Positions 16,902 through 26,647 of a stretch of 27,469 nt of DNA are shown here, one piece after another. The translations under genes and the position numbers were made by a program. The DNA is from Elusimicrobiota bacterium (GTDB taxonomy: Bacteria; CG03; SLGR01; JBDRKX01). Each line of letters opens with the position of its first letter. Positions within the stretch are counted from its first letter, which is position 1. The stretch is taken from positions 1 to 27,469 of the forward strand of contig JBDRKX010000035.1 of NCBI GenBank assembly GCA_043813605.1. The letters are read 5' to 3'. The notes beneath the pieces are model-generated. The model was not told the DNA's origin. It saw only the letters and a program-made list of their open reading frames with translations, and did not search any database.

Positions 16902-18459
16902 CAGAGCCAGGAAAGTATTGATATCGGACAGCCTTTCTCAGGAAGGTGTAAAAAAACTTGAACAAGCAGGGATCCAGGTAAAAATGGATCCTTCTCTTGA
17001 CGGGGATACCCTTAAAAAAGCCATAAGTGAATATGATGGACTGATAATAAGAAGCGGTACCACGGTCACGGGTGATATAATAGAAAACGGCAAAAATCTT
17101 AAAATAATCGGCCGTGCCGGAGTCGGTGTGGATAATGTCGATATCCAGGCAGCAACCCGCAAGGGAGTAATAGTAATGAATACCCCAAGCGGTAATACAA
17201 TATCCGCCTGTGAGCATACCTGGGCGCTGCTTTTGAGTCTGGTCAGAAATGTGCCGCGGGCACATCAGTCTCTGAAAGAGGGCAAATGGGATAAGAAGAA
17301 TAATGAGGGAACGGAAATATTCGGTAAGACACTCGGGATTGTCGGGCTTGGAAAAATAGGATATGAAGTAGCCAAGCGGGCTCTGAGTTTCGGGATGAAA
17401 GTTTTGGTCCACGATCCGTATACGACTGAAGAAGTAGCAAAAGAAGTGAAGGCAGAACTGGTGGAATTCGAAGAACTGCTTGAAAAATCGGATATAATAA
17501 CAATACATGCCCCCAAAAATGAAAAGACAAAGAACATGATCAGCGTTGATGCGATATACAAGATGAAAGAAGGGGTTTTTATTGTTAATTGCGCAAGAGG
17601 CGGTATAGTTGATGAAAAAGCGGTCGCAGATGCAGTGAAAACGGGGAAAATACGGGGCGCCGCTTTTGATGTATATGACAAGGAACCGACAACAGAATCA
17701 CCGGTTATCGGTATTGACGGTATAGTACATACTCCTCATCTGGGCGCTTCTACTGAAGAGGCGCAGGAGAGAGTCGCTACAGAGATAGTGGACCAGATAA
17801 TCCAGTACTTTACAGAAGGCAAGATAATAAATGCGGTAAACATAACAGGCTCGGATCTCGATCCATCGCTTGCGGAGCTTGCAACTAAACTCGGAATACT
17901 ATGCGGAAGGATGTCTGAGCATTTGACAGACAGTATACTAATAAGTTATAAAGAGCAAACTATTGGAGGACAGGAAGATGCAATTGTCCGTGCTGTCCTT
18001 AATGGTTATCTTTCTCAGTTTAATGAAGGTGTTAACTATATAAATGCCATACTGATAGCCGAAGAAAAAGGGATAGGTGTAATCAGGCAGAAACTATCAT
18101 CCAGGGTTTCATCGGGCGATATCAGCATATCCTTAGGGGATGAATTCAAGATATCCGGCGTGGTACTGGGAGGGGCAGCCAGATTGATGGAGATAAACGG
18201 CTATATAGTCGATGTCCCTCTGTCCGGCAGTATGCTTGTTATAAAAAATTCTGATATACCCGGAGTAATAGGGCATATAGGTACTGTTCTGGGAGCTCAC
18301 GGGGTTAATATCGCCAGTATGGAAGTCGGGCGAAAATCGGCAGGGGGGCAGGCTGTGACGGTAATAGCAGTCGATCATAAAGTAGATGAAAAAGTTATTG
18401 AAGAGCTTAAATCGGAAGAATCCATAATTGACGTGAAGAACATTGAGGTGGGCCAGTAG
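16891..18459 (+). CDS. serA: D-3-phosphoglycerate dehydrogenase (long form with C-terminal ACT domain)
   Basis: RAGVGVDNVD, GIVGLGKIG, NCARGG, TPHLGASTEEAQ, ACT domain DIPGVIG...NIASM. Confidence 0.95.
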   Translation: MSSDRARKVLISDSLSQEGVKKLEQAGIQVKMDPSLDGDTLKKAISEYDGLIIRSGTTVTGDIIENGKNLKIIGRAGVGVDNVDIQAATRKGVIVMNTPSGNTISACEHTWALLLSLVRNVPRAHQSLKEGKWDKKNNEGTEIFGKTLGIVGLGKIGYEVAKRALSFGMKVLVHDPYTTEEVAKEVKAELVEFEELLEKSDIITIHAPKNEKTKNMISVDAIYKMKEGVFIVNCARGGIVDEKAVADAVKTGKIRGAAFDVYDKEPTTESPVIGIDGIVHTPHLGASTEEAQERVATEIVDQIIQYFTEGKIINAVNITGSDLDPSLAELATKLGILCGRMSEHLTDSILISYKEQTIGGQEDAIVRAVLNGYLSQFNEGVNYINAILIAEEKGIGVIRQKLSSRVSSGDISISLGDEFKISGVVLGGAARLMEINGYIVDVPLSGSMLVIKNSDIPGVIGHIGTVLGAHGVNIASMEVGRKSAGGQAVTVIAVDHKVDEKVIEELKSEESIIDVKNIEVGQ

Positions 18460-18525
18460 CTCAGTTGGCAGAGCAACGCCCTTTTAAGGCGTGGGCCGAA
18501 GGTTCGAATCCTTCCTGGCTCACCA
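18450..18525 (+). tRNA. tRNA-Lys (TTT)
   Basis: Acceptor GGGCCAG/CTGGCTC, anticodon arm ACGCC-CTTTTAA-GGCGT, GGTTCGAATCC, CCA; 76 nt; overlaps the last 10 nt of serA. Confidence 0.96.
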
Positions 18526-18638
18526 TTAGTTCAGAGCTTGCAGAAGGCTCTTCAGGTACGGCAGGGTATAAGAATATTATCAATGAATTAGATTATCCCG
18601 GATTGATAGTTTAGAAAAATTATGTATAATGGAGCATT

Positions 18639-18851
18639 ATGAAAAAAGGTATACATCCAGAACTTTATGAGACGGAAGTTGCATGCGCCTGTGGTGCAAC
18701 ATTCACTACCCTCTCGACCAAAAAGAAGATAAGGGTAGAGATATGCTCTAATTGCCATCCATTCTATACCGGTGAGCAGAAACTGATTGATTCCGCGGGA
18801 AGAGTAGAAAAGTTCCACCGCAAATACGGCAAAAAGACCGAGTCCAAATAG
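18639..18851 (+). CDS. rpmE: 50S ribosomal protein L31 (Zn-binding type)
   Basis: [27 protein letters not shown]. Confidence 0.97.
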   Translation: MKKGIHPELYETEVACACGATFTTLSTKKKIRVEICSNCHPFYTGEQKLIDSAGRVEKFHRKYGKKTESK

Positions 18852-18913
18852 CAAATCAAAGATCATCTGAATCCGATAGCCCGGAGAAGTCGGTTTATGC
18901 AATAAATTGAACC

Positions 18914-19987
18914 ATGTTTGAAAAATTACAGGAACTGAAAAAAGAATTTGAAGAACTTGAAGCAAAGCTGACCTTGCCGGAAGTGATAAACAACAACGAA
19001 AGATTAAAAGATTTCTCCAAACGTCATGGTGAGCTTGCAGAAATAGTTCATCTGTATAATGAATACCTCATTCTGCAGGACCAGTATGATCAGGCAGAAT
19101 CGCTTTATGAACAGGAAGATGATGTCCAGTTCAAGGAATTGGCAGAGGAAGATATGGATGAGCTTTCCTGTCGCCTGTCAGGAATCAAAAAGGAGCTTAA
19201 AGCCTTTCTTATACCTAAAGACCCTGATTCATCGAAAGACATCATAATGGAGATAAGAGCCGGCACCGGAGGCGATGAAGCAGCACTCTTTTGTGCCGAG
19301 CTGTTCCGGATGTATGCCCGTTACGCGGAAAACAAGGGCTGGAAACTTGATATATACGATTTAAACAAGACCGGTTTGGGCGGATACAAGGAGGTAATAT
19401 TTGCAGTTGAAGGAAAAAATGTATTCAGTTTTATGAAATGGGAAAGAGGCATACACCGGGTTCAGAGAGTACCTGAAACAGAGACCAGCGGCAGGATACA
19501 TACCTCCGCATGCAGTGTAGCTGTATTTCCGCAGGCGGATCAGGTCGAAATCCAGATCAACAAGGAAGATCTGCGCATAGACACCTACAGGGCTTCAGGT
19601 AAAGGCGGACAACATGTGAATGTCACGGATTCAGCCGTCCGTATTACTCATATACAGACCGGGCTTGTTGTACAATGCCAGGATGAACGTTCACAAATGC
19701 AGAACAAGCTGAAGGCAATGAATGTGTTGAGAGCCCGGCTTAAGGAAAAAATGAAAATTGACCGGATACAGAAGGAAGACGACATGCGGAGAAAACAGGT
19801 AGGTTCCGGCGACAGAAGTGAAAAGATAAGGACATATAATTTTCCCCAGAACCGTATTACTGACCATAGGGCCGGTCTGACTGTTTACAACCTGGAATCA
19901 ATAATAGAGGGGAATATAGAGGATTTTTTAAATCAGCTTAACAGAACAATGACGGGAAAACTGATAAATGAATCTGAAAACTACTAA
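18914..19987 (+). CDS. prfA: Peptide chain release factor 1
   Basis: GTGGDEA, PET recognition motif (RVPETE), GGQ, RSEKIRTYNFPQ. Confidence 0.97.
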   Translation: MFEKLQELKKEFEELEAKLTLPEVINNNERLKDFSKRHGELAEIVHLYNEYLILQDQYDQAESLYEQEDDVQFKELAEEDMDELSCRLSGIKKELKAFLIPKDPDSSKDIIMEIRAGTGGDEAALFCAELFRMYARYAENKGWKLDIYDLNKTGLGGYKEVIFAVEGKNVFSFMKWERGIHRVQRVPETETSGRIHTSACSVAVFPQADQVEIQINKEDLRIDTYRASGKGGQHVNVTDSAVRITHIQTGLVVQCQDERSQMQNKLKAMNVLRARLKEKMKIDRIQKEDDMRRKQVGSGDRSEKIRTYNFPQNRITDHRAGLTVYNLESIIEGNIEDFLNQLNRTMTGKLINESENY

Positions 19988-20867
19988 CAGCAGGGAAGAC
20001 ATTCCCGAAGCGGGCATGGTTTCAAGCATAAGAGATGCTCTTGACTGGGCGGATAAATGCCTGTCCGGTGCTGGAATAAATACCCCAAGACGCGATGCCG
20101 AGGTACTGCTGAGCCATGTTACCGGCATTGAAACCATTTTTTTGTATCTGGATGCTTTAAAAGAGATCGATGGCGGCCGGATGGCCGTTTATAAAGATAT
20201 GATCGAACAGAGATCGCAAAGGATCCCTCTGGATTATATAAGAGGGTATGCCGATTTCATGGGTATGAAGATTGAAGTAGGCAGGGATACACTTGTACCG
20301 CGTCCGGAGACGGAGCTCCTGGTTGAAAAAGCTTTAGAAATACTTAGCGTAAAGCAGTGTGCCGATGTACTGGATATAGGTACCGGTAGCGGGAATATAG
20401 CCCTGGCTTTGGCAAAAATGTCAGGTTGCCGTGTGCTTGCAATAGAAAAAAGTGCGGCGGCGGCCGGGATAGCTGAAAAAAACGCAGTCCGGAATGGTTT
20501 GCAGGATAAAATAGTTATTGCTATTGTAAGTATGGAGGATTATTTTGCGAACACGCATACGCAGAAATTCGATATGATTGTATCTAATCCCCCTTATGTA
20601 AAAGAGACCGAATACAGTGAGCTTGAAAAAGAAGTCAAAGAAGAACCCCGTGAGGCATTGGTTGCAGGTATTGACGGCCTTATATATATACGTATGATAC
20701 TGGAAAATTCAATGGGGCTTCTTAAACCCGGCGGCAGCGTTTTTATTGAAATAGGCTACGGTCAGAAGGATGAAGTCGAGCAGATAGCGGTAAAAGCAGG
20801 GTACACAAAACGCTCTTTTATAAAAGACTACAGCGGAATATACAGGATTTTATCGGTAAGCATATGA
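19968..20867 (+). CDS. prmC: Release factor glutamine methyltransferase
   Basis: PRPETE, DIGTGSG, SNPPY; follows prfA; exact start uncertain. Confidence 0.95.
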   Translation: MNLKTTNSREDIPEAGMVSSIRDALDWADKCLSGAGINTPRRDAEVLLSHVTGIETIFLYLDALKEIDGGRMAVYKDMIEQRSQRIPLDYIRGYADFMGMKIEVGRDTLVPRPETELLVEKALEILSVKQCADVLDIGTGSGNIALALAKMSGCRVLAIEKSAAAAGIAEKNAVRNGLQDKIVIAIVSMEDYFANTHTQKFDMIVSNPPYVKETEYSELEKEVKEEPREALVAGIDGLIYIRMILENSMGLLKPGGSVFIEIGYGQKDEVEQIAVKAGYTKRSFIKDYSGIYRILSVSI

Positions 20868-22129
20868 CAAATAACAGGATAAAGGAAAAAAAGATAGTAA
20901 TCGTCGGACCTGCCGTACTAAAGGGAAAGGTAGACATCTCCGGCTCAAAAAACGCTGTTTTGCCTATTCTGGCGACGACTCTGATGACTGATAAAAAATG
21001 CACTGTCAGGAATGTCCCGGAATTAAGTGATATCCAGACGATGATTTTGATGCTTGAACACCTTGGAAAAAAAGTTACCAGATCAGGAAGTAATGTAGTG
21101 GTAGAGCGCGGTGAGAATCTTCACAGTGAAGCTCCTTACGATCTGGTAAAAAAAATGCGCGCTTCCGCGCTTGTCATGGGAGCGCTTGCAGGAAGGATGA
21201 GGAGAATAAAGATACCTCTTCCCGGGGGCTGTGCCATAGGTACGAGACCCATAGACCTGCATTTAAAGGGTATGAAACGGCTGGGAGCCAAGATGAGCGT
21301 TTCCGAGGGATTTGTCACGCTTTCATCAAAAGGATTAAAAGGAGCGACAATATATCTTGACTATCCGTCAGTCGGGGCGACCGAGAATCTTATTATGGCA
21401 GCGTGTCATGCGGAAGGCGACACTATAATAGAAAATGCCGCCAGAGAGCCTGAGGTTATACAGCTTGTGGATTTTCTGAAACAGATGGGCGCAAATATTT
21501 CTGTTACGGATAACACCTTCAAGATAAGGGGAAGGAACAATTACCACTCCGTAGATTTTACTGTAATGGATGACCGTATACAGGCCGGTACTTATCTGAT
21601 TGCCGGATGTATAAGGAATTCCTGTCTGGAAATAGACTTCTCACATCCGGAGGTACTTGAGTCTGTTATGGAAAAACTTACTGAGTGCGGCGCGCATATA
21701 GAAGTCGAAGGGACTGTTATCAAGGTCGTTGCCCCGGTTCATATGGAACGTTCCGAAATCATAACTTCCCCTTTTCCCGGATTTCCTACGGATCTCCAGG
21801 CTCCGTTCATGGCTATGATGTGTATGGCAAAAGGCGTGAGCATCATATCGGAAGATGTATTTGAGAATAGGTACCTTCATTGCGGTGAGATGACGAGAAT
21901 GGGCGCCTCAATAGAGATAAAGGGGAATACCGCACTGGTTACGGGTGTAAAGAGTATGAGCGGAGCTCCGGTCACGGCCCTGGACCTCAGAGGCGGGGCA
22001 TCTCTGATAATATCAGGATTACTGGCTAAAGGGAGGACAGAGATATCGGGGATAAGCCATATAGAAAGAGGGTACGAAAACATAGTCGAGAATTTAAAAA
22101 ACCTTGGAGCAAAAATATGGATGGAATAA
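20864..22129 (+). CDS. murA: UDP-N-acetylglucosamine 1-carboxyvinyltransferase
   Basis: SGSKNA, MRAS, PGGCAIGTRPIDLH (active-site Cys), PGFPTDLQA, DLRGG. Confidence 0.97.
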   Translation: MTNNRIKEKKIVIVGPAVLKGKVDISGSKNAVLPILATTLMTDKKCTVRNVPELSDIQTMILMLEHLGKKVTRSGSNVVVERGENLHSEAPYDLVKKMRASALVMGALAGRMRRIKIPLPGGCAIGTRPIDLHLKGMKRLGAKMSVSEGFVTLSSKGLKGATIYLDYPSVGATENLIMAACHAEGDTIIENAAREPEVIQLVDFLKQMGANISVTDNTFKIRGRNNYHSVDFTVMDDRIQAGTYLIAGCIRNSCLEIDFSHPEVLESVMEKLTECGAHIEVEGTVIKVVAPVHMERSEIITSPFPGFPTDLQAPFMAMMCMAKGVSIISEDVFENRYLHCGEMTRMGASIEIKGNTALVTGVKSMSGAPVTALDLRGGASLIISGLLAKGRTEISGISHIERGYENIVENLKNLGAKIWME

Positions 22130-23316
22130 GAAGCGAATTAGATGATTTCCTGTTTGAGTTAATCGAAGGAGTGAGAGAGAAAAAAGATGCTGCTCTTTTG
22201 GAGTTTTCTGACAGGTTTGATGGAATAAAACTGAGCCGGGATGAAATAGAAGTAAGCAGAGAGGAATGGCAGGAAAAGGCAGCAGGTATAACCGAAGAAC
22301 TGCGTAAAGTATTATCCGGATCCGCGCTCAATATAAAGAACTATTCTGAAAAACAGAATATATTCAATGATTATGAAATAGATAATAACGGGATTAATAT
22401 CAGGGATAAGTTCATCCCGGTAGAAAGCGTGGGGATATATGTTCCCGGAGGTAAATACGCGTATCCGTCTACCGTGCTGATGTGCGCGATCCCGGCAAGA
22501 GTGGCTGGTGTAGAAAAAATATACATGCTGACTCCACCCGGTAATATTACCCCTTGCGTACTGGCAGCAGCACAAATTGCCGGTGTTGACAGGATATTCA
22601 GAATAGGCGGTGCACAGGCAATAGCTGCATTAGCGTATGGTACTGAGACTATCCCCAGAGTGGATAAAATCGTGGGTCCCGGGAATAAATATGTCCAATG
22701 GGCCAAACTTCATTTATCGGGTATTGTCGGAATAGATATGATCGCCGGGCCCAGTGAAGTGGTCATAATCGCGGATAAGGAGCAGGATCCTGCCTGGGTT
22801 GCAACTGATCTGATAGCGCAGGCAGAGCATGCGGAAGATGCTGTAGGTATTCTGATCACTGATTCGCAACAGTTGCTGGAAGAAGTAAAAAAACTGATTC
22901 CGGCCGGACTTTATAACAGGATCACGTTCAAAAAAGTTGAAGACCTTGATGAAGCTGTTGTGGAATCTAACAGGTTTGCCCCGGAACATCTGGAGGTCAT
23001 GTGTAGTGAAGAGAATATAGGCAATATTGAAGGAAAGATCAGAAATGCCGGCGCGGTGTTCCTGGGGAAAAATACGCCGGTCGCAATAGGTGACTATTTT
23101 GCAGGGCCTTCTCATACGCTGCCCACTGGAAGATCGGCGAGGTATGAAGAAGGGCTTAATGTAAAGAGTTTTATGAAAAAAGTATCATTCATAAGGTGTG
23201 CAGGAAGTAATCTAAAGGAAATATTGCAGAATGTGGAATCTTTTGCAAATGAAGAAGGCATGAAATACCATGCTGAATCAGTTAGAAAAAGGTACGAAGA
23301 CGGACTGGATGAATAA
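22117..23316 (+). CDS. hisD: Histidinol dehydrogenase
   Basis: YVPGG, GGAQAIAALAYG, GPGNKYV, AGPSE, QAEH, APEHL, GDYFAGPSHTLPT. Confidence 0.95.
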   Translation: MDGIRSELDDFLFELIEGVREKKDAALLEFSDRFDGIKLSRDEIEVSREEWQEKAAGITEELRKVLSGSALNIKNYSEKQNIFNDYEIDNNGINIRDKFIPVESVGIYVPGGKYAYPSTVLMCAIPARVAGVEKIYMLTPPGNITPCVLAAAQIAGVDRIFRIGGAQAIAALAYGTETIPRVDKIVGPGNKYVQWAKLHLSGIVGIDMIAGPSEVVIIADKEQDPAWVATDLIAQAEHAEDAVGILITDSQQLLEEVKKLIPAGLYNRITFKKVEDLDEAVVESNRFAPEHLEVMCSEENIGNIEGKIRNAGAVFLGKNTPVAIGDYFAGPSHTLPTGRSARYEEGLNVKSFMKKVSFIRCAGSNLKEILQNVESFANEEGMKYHAESVRKRYEDGLDE

Positions 23317-24358
23317 ATTCCGATCGCTATTTGCGCGTGTTAACGATCTGGCAGCCTATTCTGTACAGGAGGTTGCCGAAGGGGAGATAAAACTTGATGC
23401 CCAGGAAAATCCCTATCCGATACCACAGGATATAAGGAAAAAAATAGATAATGAGCTGACCGGGGCCGAGTTGAACAGATATCCGGATCCTCAATATGTA
23501 AAGCTCAAGGAGCTTATATCCGGTTACTGCGGTGTCGGCCCGGAAAATATACTGCTCGGTAACGGATCGGACGAACTCATAATGTCTATCCTGATAGCAA
23601 CAGCCGGCGGGAGCGGGTCCGTATGTGCGCCTACACCGACGTTCGCGATGTATAAGATACTTTCTCAATTGACCGGCCGGGAGTTTGTTGAAATACCCCT
23701 TGAGTATGATTTCAGCCTTCCTGTGACTAAGATCATAACATTGGATCCCGACCTGGTGTTCATCGCTTACCCGAACAATCCTACGGGGAACTGTTTTTTA
23801 AAGGAAAAGATCAAAAGGCTGCTGGAGCATTCAGGCAGTATTGTAGTAGTAGACGAGGCATATTTCGAATTTGCCGGAAAAACATTTATAGATATGATAA
23901 ACCGTTATGAAAACCTTATAATACTCAGGACTTTTTCAAAGGCTTTTTCTCTGGCAGGAATAAGGGCAGGCTACATGATAGGCGGCCGGAGTCTGATAAA
24001 AGAGATGAGAAAAGCCCAGCTTCCGTATAATCTCAGCATAATAAATCAGAAAATACTGGAAACTGTGCTTGAAAACAGAGACAGGATACTGGAAAGCGTA
24101 AAAACACTTACTGAGTCCAGGGATAAGATGTATGCCGAACTGATAGATATCGCCGGGATTAAGCCTTTTCCTTCCGAAGCTAATTATATCCTCATGAAAA
24201 TAGATAATATGGGGAGAGTAATGAAAGCACTCAAAGAAAATCATATTAAAGTAAGGGAGTTCGGTTCTGCGGTATTGAAGGACTACCTGAGGGTAACAGT
24301 AGGCACGGAAGAAGAAAACAGGAGTTTTATACAGACATTGAAACAGGCGCTCGGATAA
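23309..24358 (+). CDS. hisC: Histidinol-phosphate aminotransferase
   Basis: NRYPD, GNGSDE, PNNPTG, DEAY, RTFSKAFSLAG (PLP Lys). Start placed at the ATG overlapping the hisD end rather than 23270. Confidence 0.93.
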   Translation: MNKFRSLFARVNDLAAYSVQEVAEGEIKLDAQENPYPIPQDIRKKIDNELTGAELNRYPDPQYVKLKELISGYCGVGPENILLGNGSDELIMSILIATAGGSGSVCAPTPTFAMYKILSQLTGREFVEIPLEYDFSLPVTKIITLDPDLVFIAYPNNPTGNCFLKEKIKRLLEHSGSIVVVDEAYFEFAGKTFIDMINRYENLIILRTFSKAFSLAGIRAGYMIGGRSLIKEMRKAQLPYNLSIINQKILETVLENRDRILESVKTLTESRDKMYAELIDIAGIKPFPSEANYILMKIDNMGRVMKALKENHIKVREFGSAVLKDYLRVTVGTEEENRSFIQTLKQALG

Positions 24359-24376
24359 ACTTATCGAGGAGGAATA

Positions 24377-25009
24377 ATGAGAATAGCAGAGATAAACAGG
24401 GATACAAACGAAACAAAAATACGTGTGAAGATCAATCTGGACGGAAGCGGAGAATCAAAGATAACGACACCTAACGGTTTCTTTAATCATATGCTGGAAT
24501 TACTGTCCAAGCATTCGGGAGTAGACATGGATATTGATGTGAAAGGAGATACAGAAGTGGATCTGCACCATACTGTCGAGGATACGGGCATAGTACTGGG
24601 AGAAGCTCTTTTACAGGCGCTCGGTGATAAAAAGGGCATTGAAAGGTATGCGTCTGTTATGATGGTGATGGATGAAGTCAGGTGTGATGTGGCGCTGGAT
24701 CTGGGCGGCAGGCCTAATCTGGTATACCTTGTGAGCGTTTTCGGGCAGATCAGTGCTGATAAAAAATCCGGATTTGATTATTCCCTGATCAAAGAATTCA
24801 TGAAGGCAGTATCTGATAATCTGAAAGCAACAATACATATACATCATGTAACGGCTGATATACTAGATATATTAGGTGCCGACAGCACTAATTACAACTT
24901 TAATTATCATCATGTGGCGGAAGCGATCTTTAAAGGGCTTGCAAGGACCCTTAAGCAGGCAGTAAAGATAACCGGCCAGGATATACCTTCAACAAAAGGA
25001 ATGATCTGA
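24377..25009 (+). CDS. hisB: Imidazoleglycerol-phosphate dehydratase
   Basis: RDTNET, FFNHML, HHTVED, MDE, HHVAEAIFK; GAGGAGG RBS. Confidence 0.95.
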   Translation: MRIAEINRDTNETKIRVKINLDGSGESKITTPNGFFNHMLELLSKHSGVDMDIDVKGDTEVDLHHTVEDTGIVLGEALLQALGDKKGIERYASVMMVMDEVRCDVALDLGGRPNLVYLVSVFGQISADKKSGFDYSLIKEFMKAVSDNLKATIHIHHVTADILDILGADSTNYNFNYHHVAEAIFKGLARTLKQAVKITGQDIPSTKGMI

Positions 25010-25011
25010 CT

Positions 25012-25752
25012 ATGATAATAATTCCGGCAGTAGATCTGAAAGACGGGAATTGTGTCCGGCTGCTGCAGGGCGATGAAAACAGGGAGACAGTATATTCCGA
25101 TGATCCGGTAGCCATGGCAAAAGAATGGGAGCACCAGGGCGCTGAAAGGCTGCATGTAGTGGATCTTAACGGAGCATTCAGCGGCTGTATGCAGAACCGG
25201 GAGATCATTATCAGGATAATCAATGAACTGGGTATTCCTGTAGAGGTTGGCGGCGGAATAAGGGATCATGAAACGGTGGAAAACCTCATCAAAGCCGGAG
25301 TATTCAGGGTGATACTGGGAACAGCTGCAATAAACGATATGGCACTTCTTAAGAAAGTAGTCGGTAAATGGCCGGAAAAGATAGCAGTAGGAATTGATTC
25401 GGTTGACGGGAAAGTCGCTGTTAAAGGATGGCGGGATATAACCGGTAAAGAATCAGCACAGCTTGCAGTTGATATGGAAAAAGCAGGCGTTAAAGAAATA
25501 ATAGTTACGGATATTTCTACTGATGGCATGCTGAGCGGTCCTAATACGGCTGTGATTACGGAGATAGCTCAGAAGGTCGATATTTCAGTGATAGCTTCCG
25601 GCGGGATTGCAAGTATAAGTGATATAATAGAATTAAAAAAACTGGGGCTGAAAAATTTGACCGGTGTCATAGTGGGAAAAGCGCTATATACCGGTGATGT
25701 TATCCTCCCGGAAGCGCTGGAAGCCTTGAAAGGAGAGACTTATGGATCTTAA
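25012..25752 (+). CDS. hisA: ProFAR isomerase
   Basis: IIPAVDLKDGNCVRLLQG, LHVVDLNGA, GGGIR, TDISTDGMLSG, ASGG. Confidence 0.95.
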   Translation: MIIIPAVDLKDGNCVRLLQGDENRETVYSDDPVAMAKEWEHQGAERLHVVDLNGAFSGCMQNREIIIRIINELGIPVEVGGGIRDHETVENLIKAGVFRVILGTAAINDMALLKKVVGKWPEKIAVGIDSVDGKVAVKGWRDITGKESAQLAVDMEKAGVKEIIVTDISTDGMLSGPNTAVITEIAQKVDISVIASGGIASISDIIELKKLGLKNLTGVIVGKALYTGDVILPEALEALKGETYGS

Positions 25753-26128
25753 TAACATAAAATTCACAAAAGACGGACTTATACCGTGTGTTACTCAGGA
25801 TTTTAATGACGGCAGAGTCCTGATGGTAGCCTATATGAACAGGGAATCTCTTGAAATAACCATAAAGGAAAAAATGGCTTGTTATTATTCCCGGTCCAGG
25901 AATAAATTATGGCTGAAGGGGGAAGAGTCGGGGAATATACAGAAGGTTAAGGAAATATATACGGACTGCGATATGGACACGATACTGCTGAAAGTCGAGC
26001 AGGTAGGAGATTGTTCATGTCATGAAGGATACCGTTCGTGTTTTTTTAGAAAATGGAACCAGGAAGACTGGGAAATAGCAGATAAGAAAATTAAAGACCC
26101 GAAAGAGATGTATAACAAGGAAAAGTGA
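25742..26128 (+). CDS. hisI: Phosphoribosyl-AMP cyclohydrolase (monofunctional)
   Basis: YSRSRNKLWLKGEESG, DCDMD, CHEGYRSCF; no HisE domain. Confidence 0.93.
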   Translation: MDLNNIKFTKDGLIPCVTQDFNDGRVLMVAYMNRESLEITIKEKMACYYSRSRNKLWLKGEESGNIQKVKEIYTDCDMDTILLKVEQVGDCSCHEGYRSCFFRKWNQEDWEIADKKIKDPKEMYNKEK

Positions 26129-26634
26129 AAAGACTCCTTCTTGTAATACTTATTGGGGTATTACTCGCGGTTCTTTTCAGGCGATATTGTTTTGAGGTGG
26201 TTTATATAGCATCACCTTCCATGGAATCGGCCTATTCAGTAAAAGATGAACTTATAATCAACAAACTCGCATATCTTTTTAAAGATCCCGAAAGAGGCGA
26301 CATAGTACTTCTGTATTCACCTTTATGCAGTAAAGATATGGTTAAGCGGATAGTAGGCCTTCCCGGGGAGGAACTCTCGATAAAAGAAAAACAGGTCTAT
26401 ATAGACGGGAAGCCGCTTGAAGAAAAATATGCAGATTATGTACGTTCCGATGAGATACTTGTAGGTGACAATATAGATGTTTTTATCATACCCAAAAACC
26501 ATTATTTTGTGATGGGAGACAACAGGGATGTGAGCAGGGATTCCCGGGACTGGCTTGAAGAAAAGGGGCTTCAGAAAGAATCAATATCTATTTCATGTAT
26601 AAAAGGCAAAGCATTTACCCTGATAAAAAGATGA
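26125..26634 (+). CDS. lepB: Signal peptidase I
   Basis: N-terminal TM, SPSME (Ser), VKRIVGLPG (Lys), MGDNRDVSRDSR. Confidence 0.9.
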   Translation: MKRLLLVILIGVLLAVLFRRYCFEVVYIASPSMESAYSVKDELIINKLAYLFKDPERGDIVLLYSPLCSKDMVKRIVGLPGEELSIKEKQVYIDGKPLEEKYADYVRSDEILVGDNIDVFIIPKNHYFVMGDNRDVSRDSRDWLEEKGLQKESISISCIKGKAFTLIKR

Positions 26635-26647
26635 TTTTACGAGAAAA

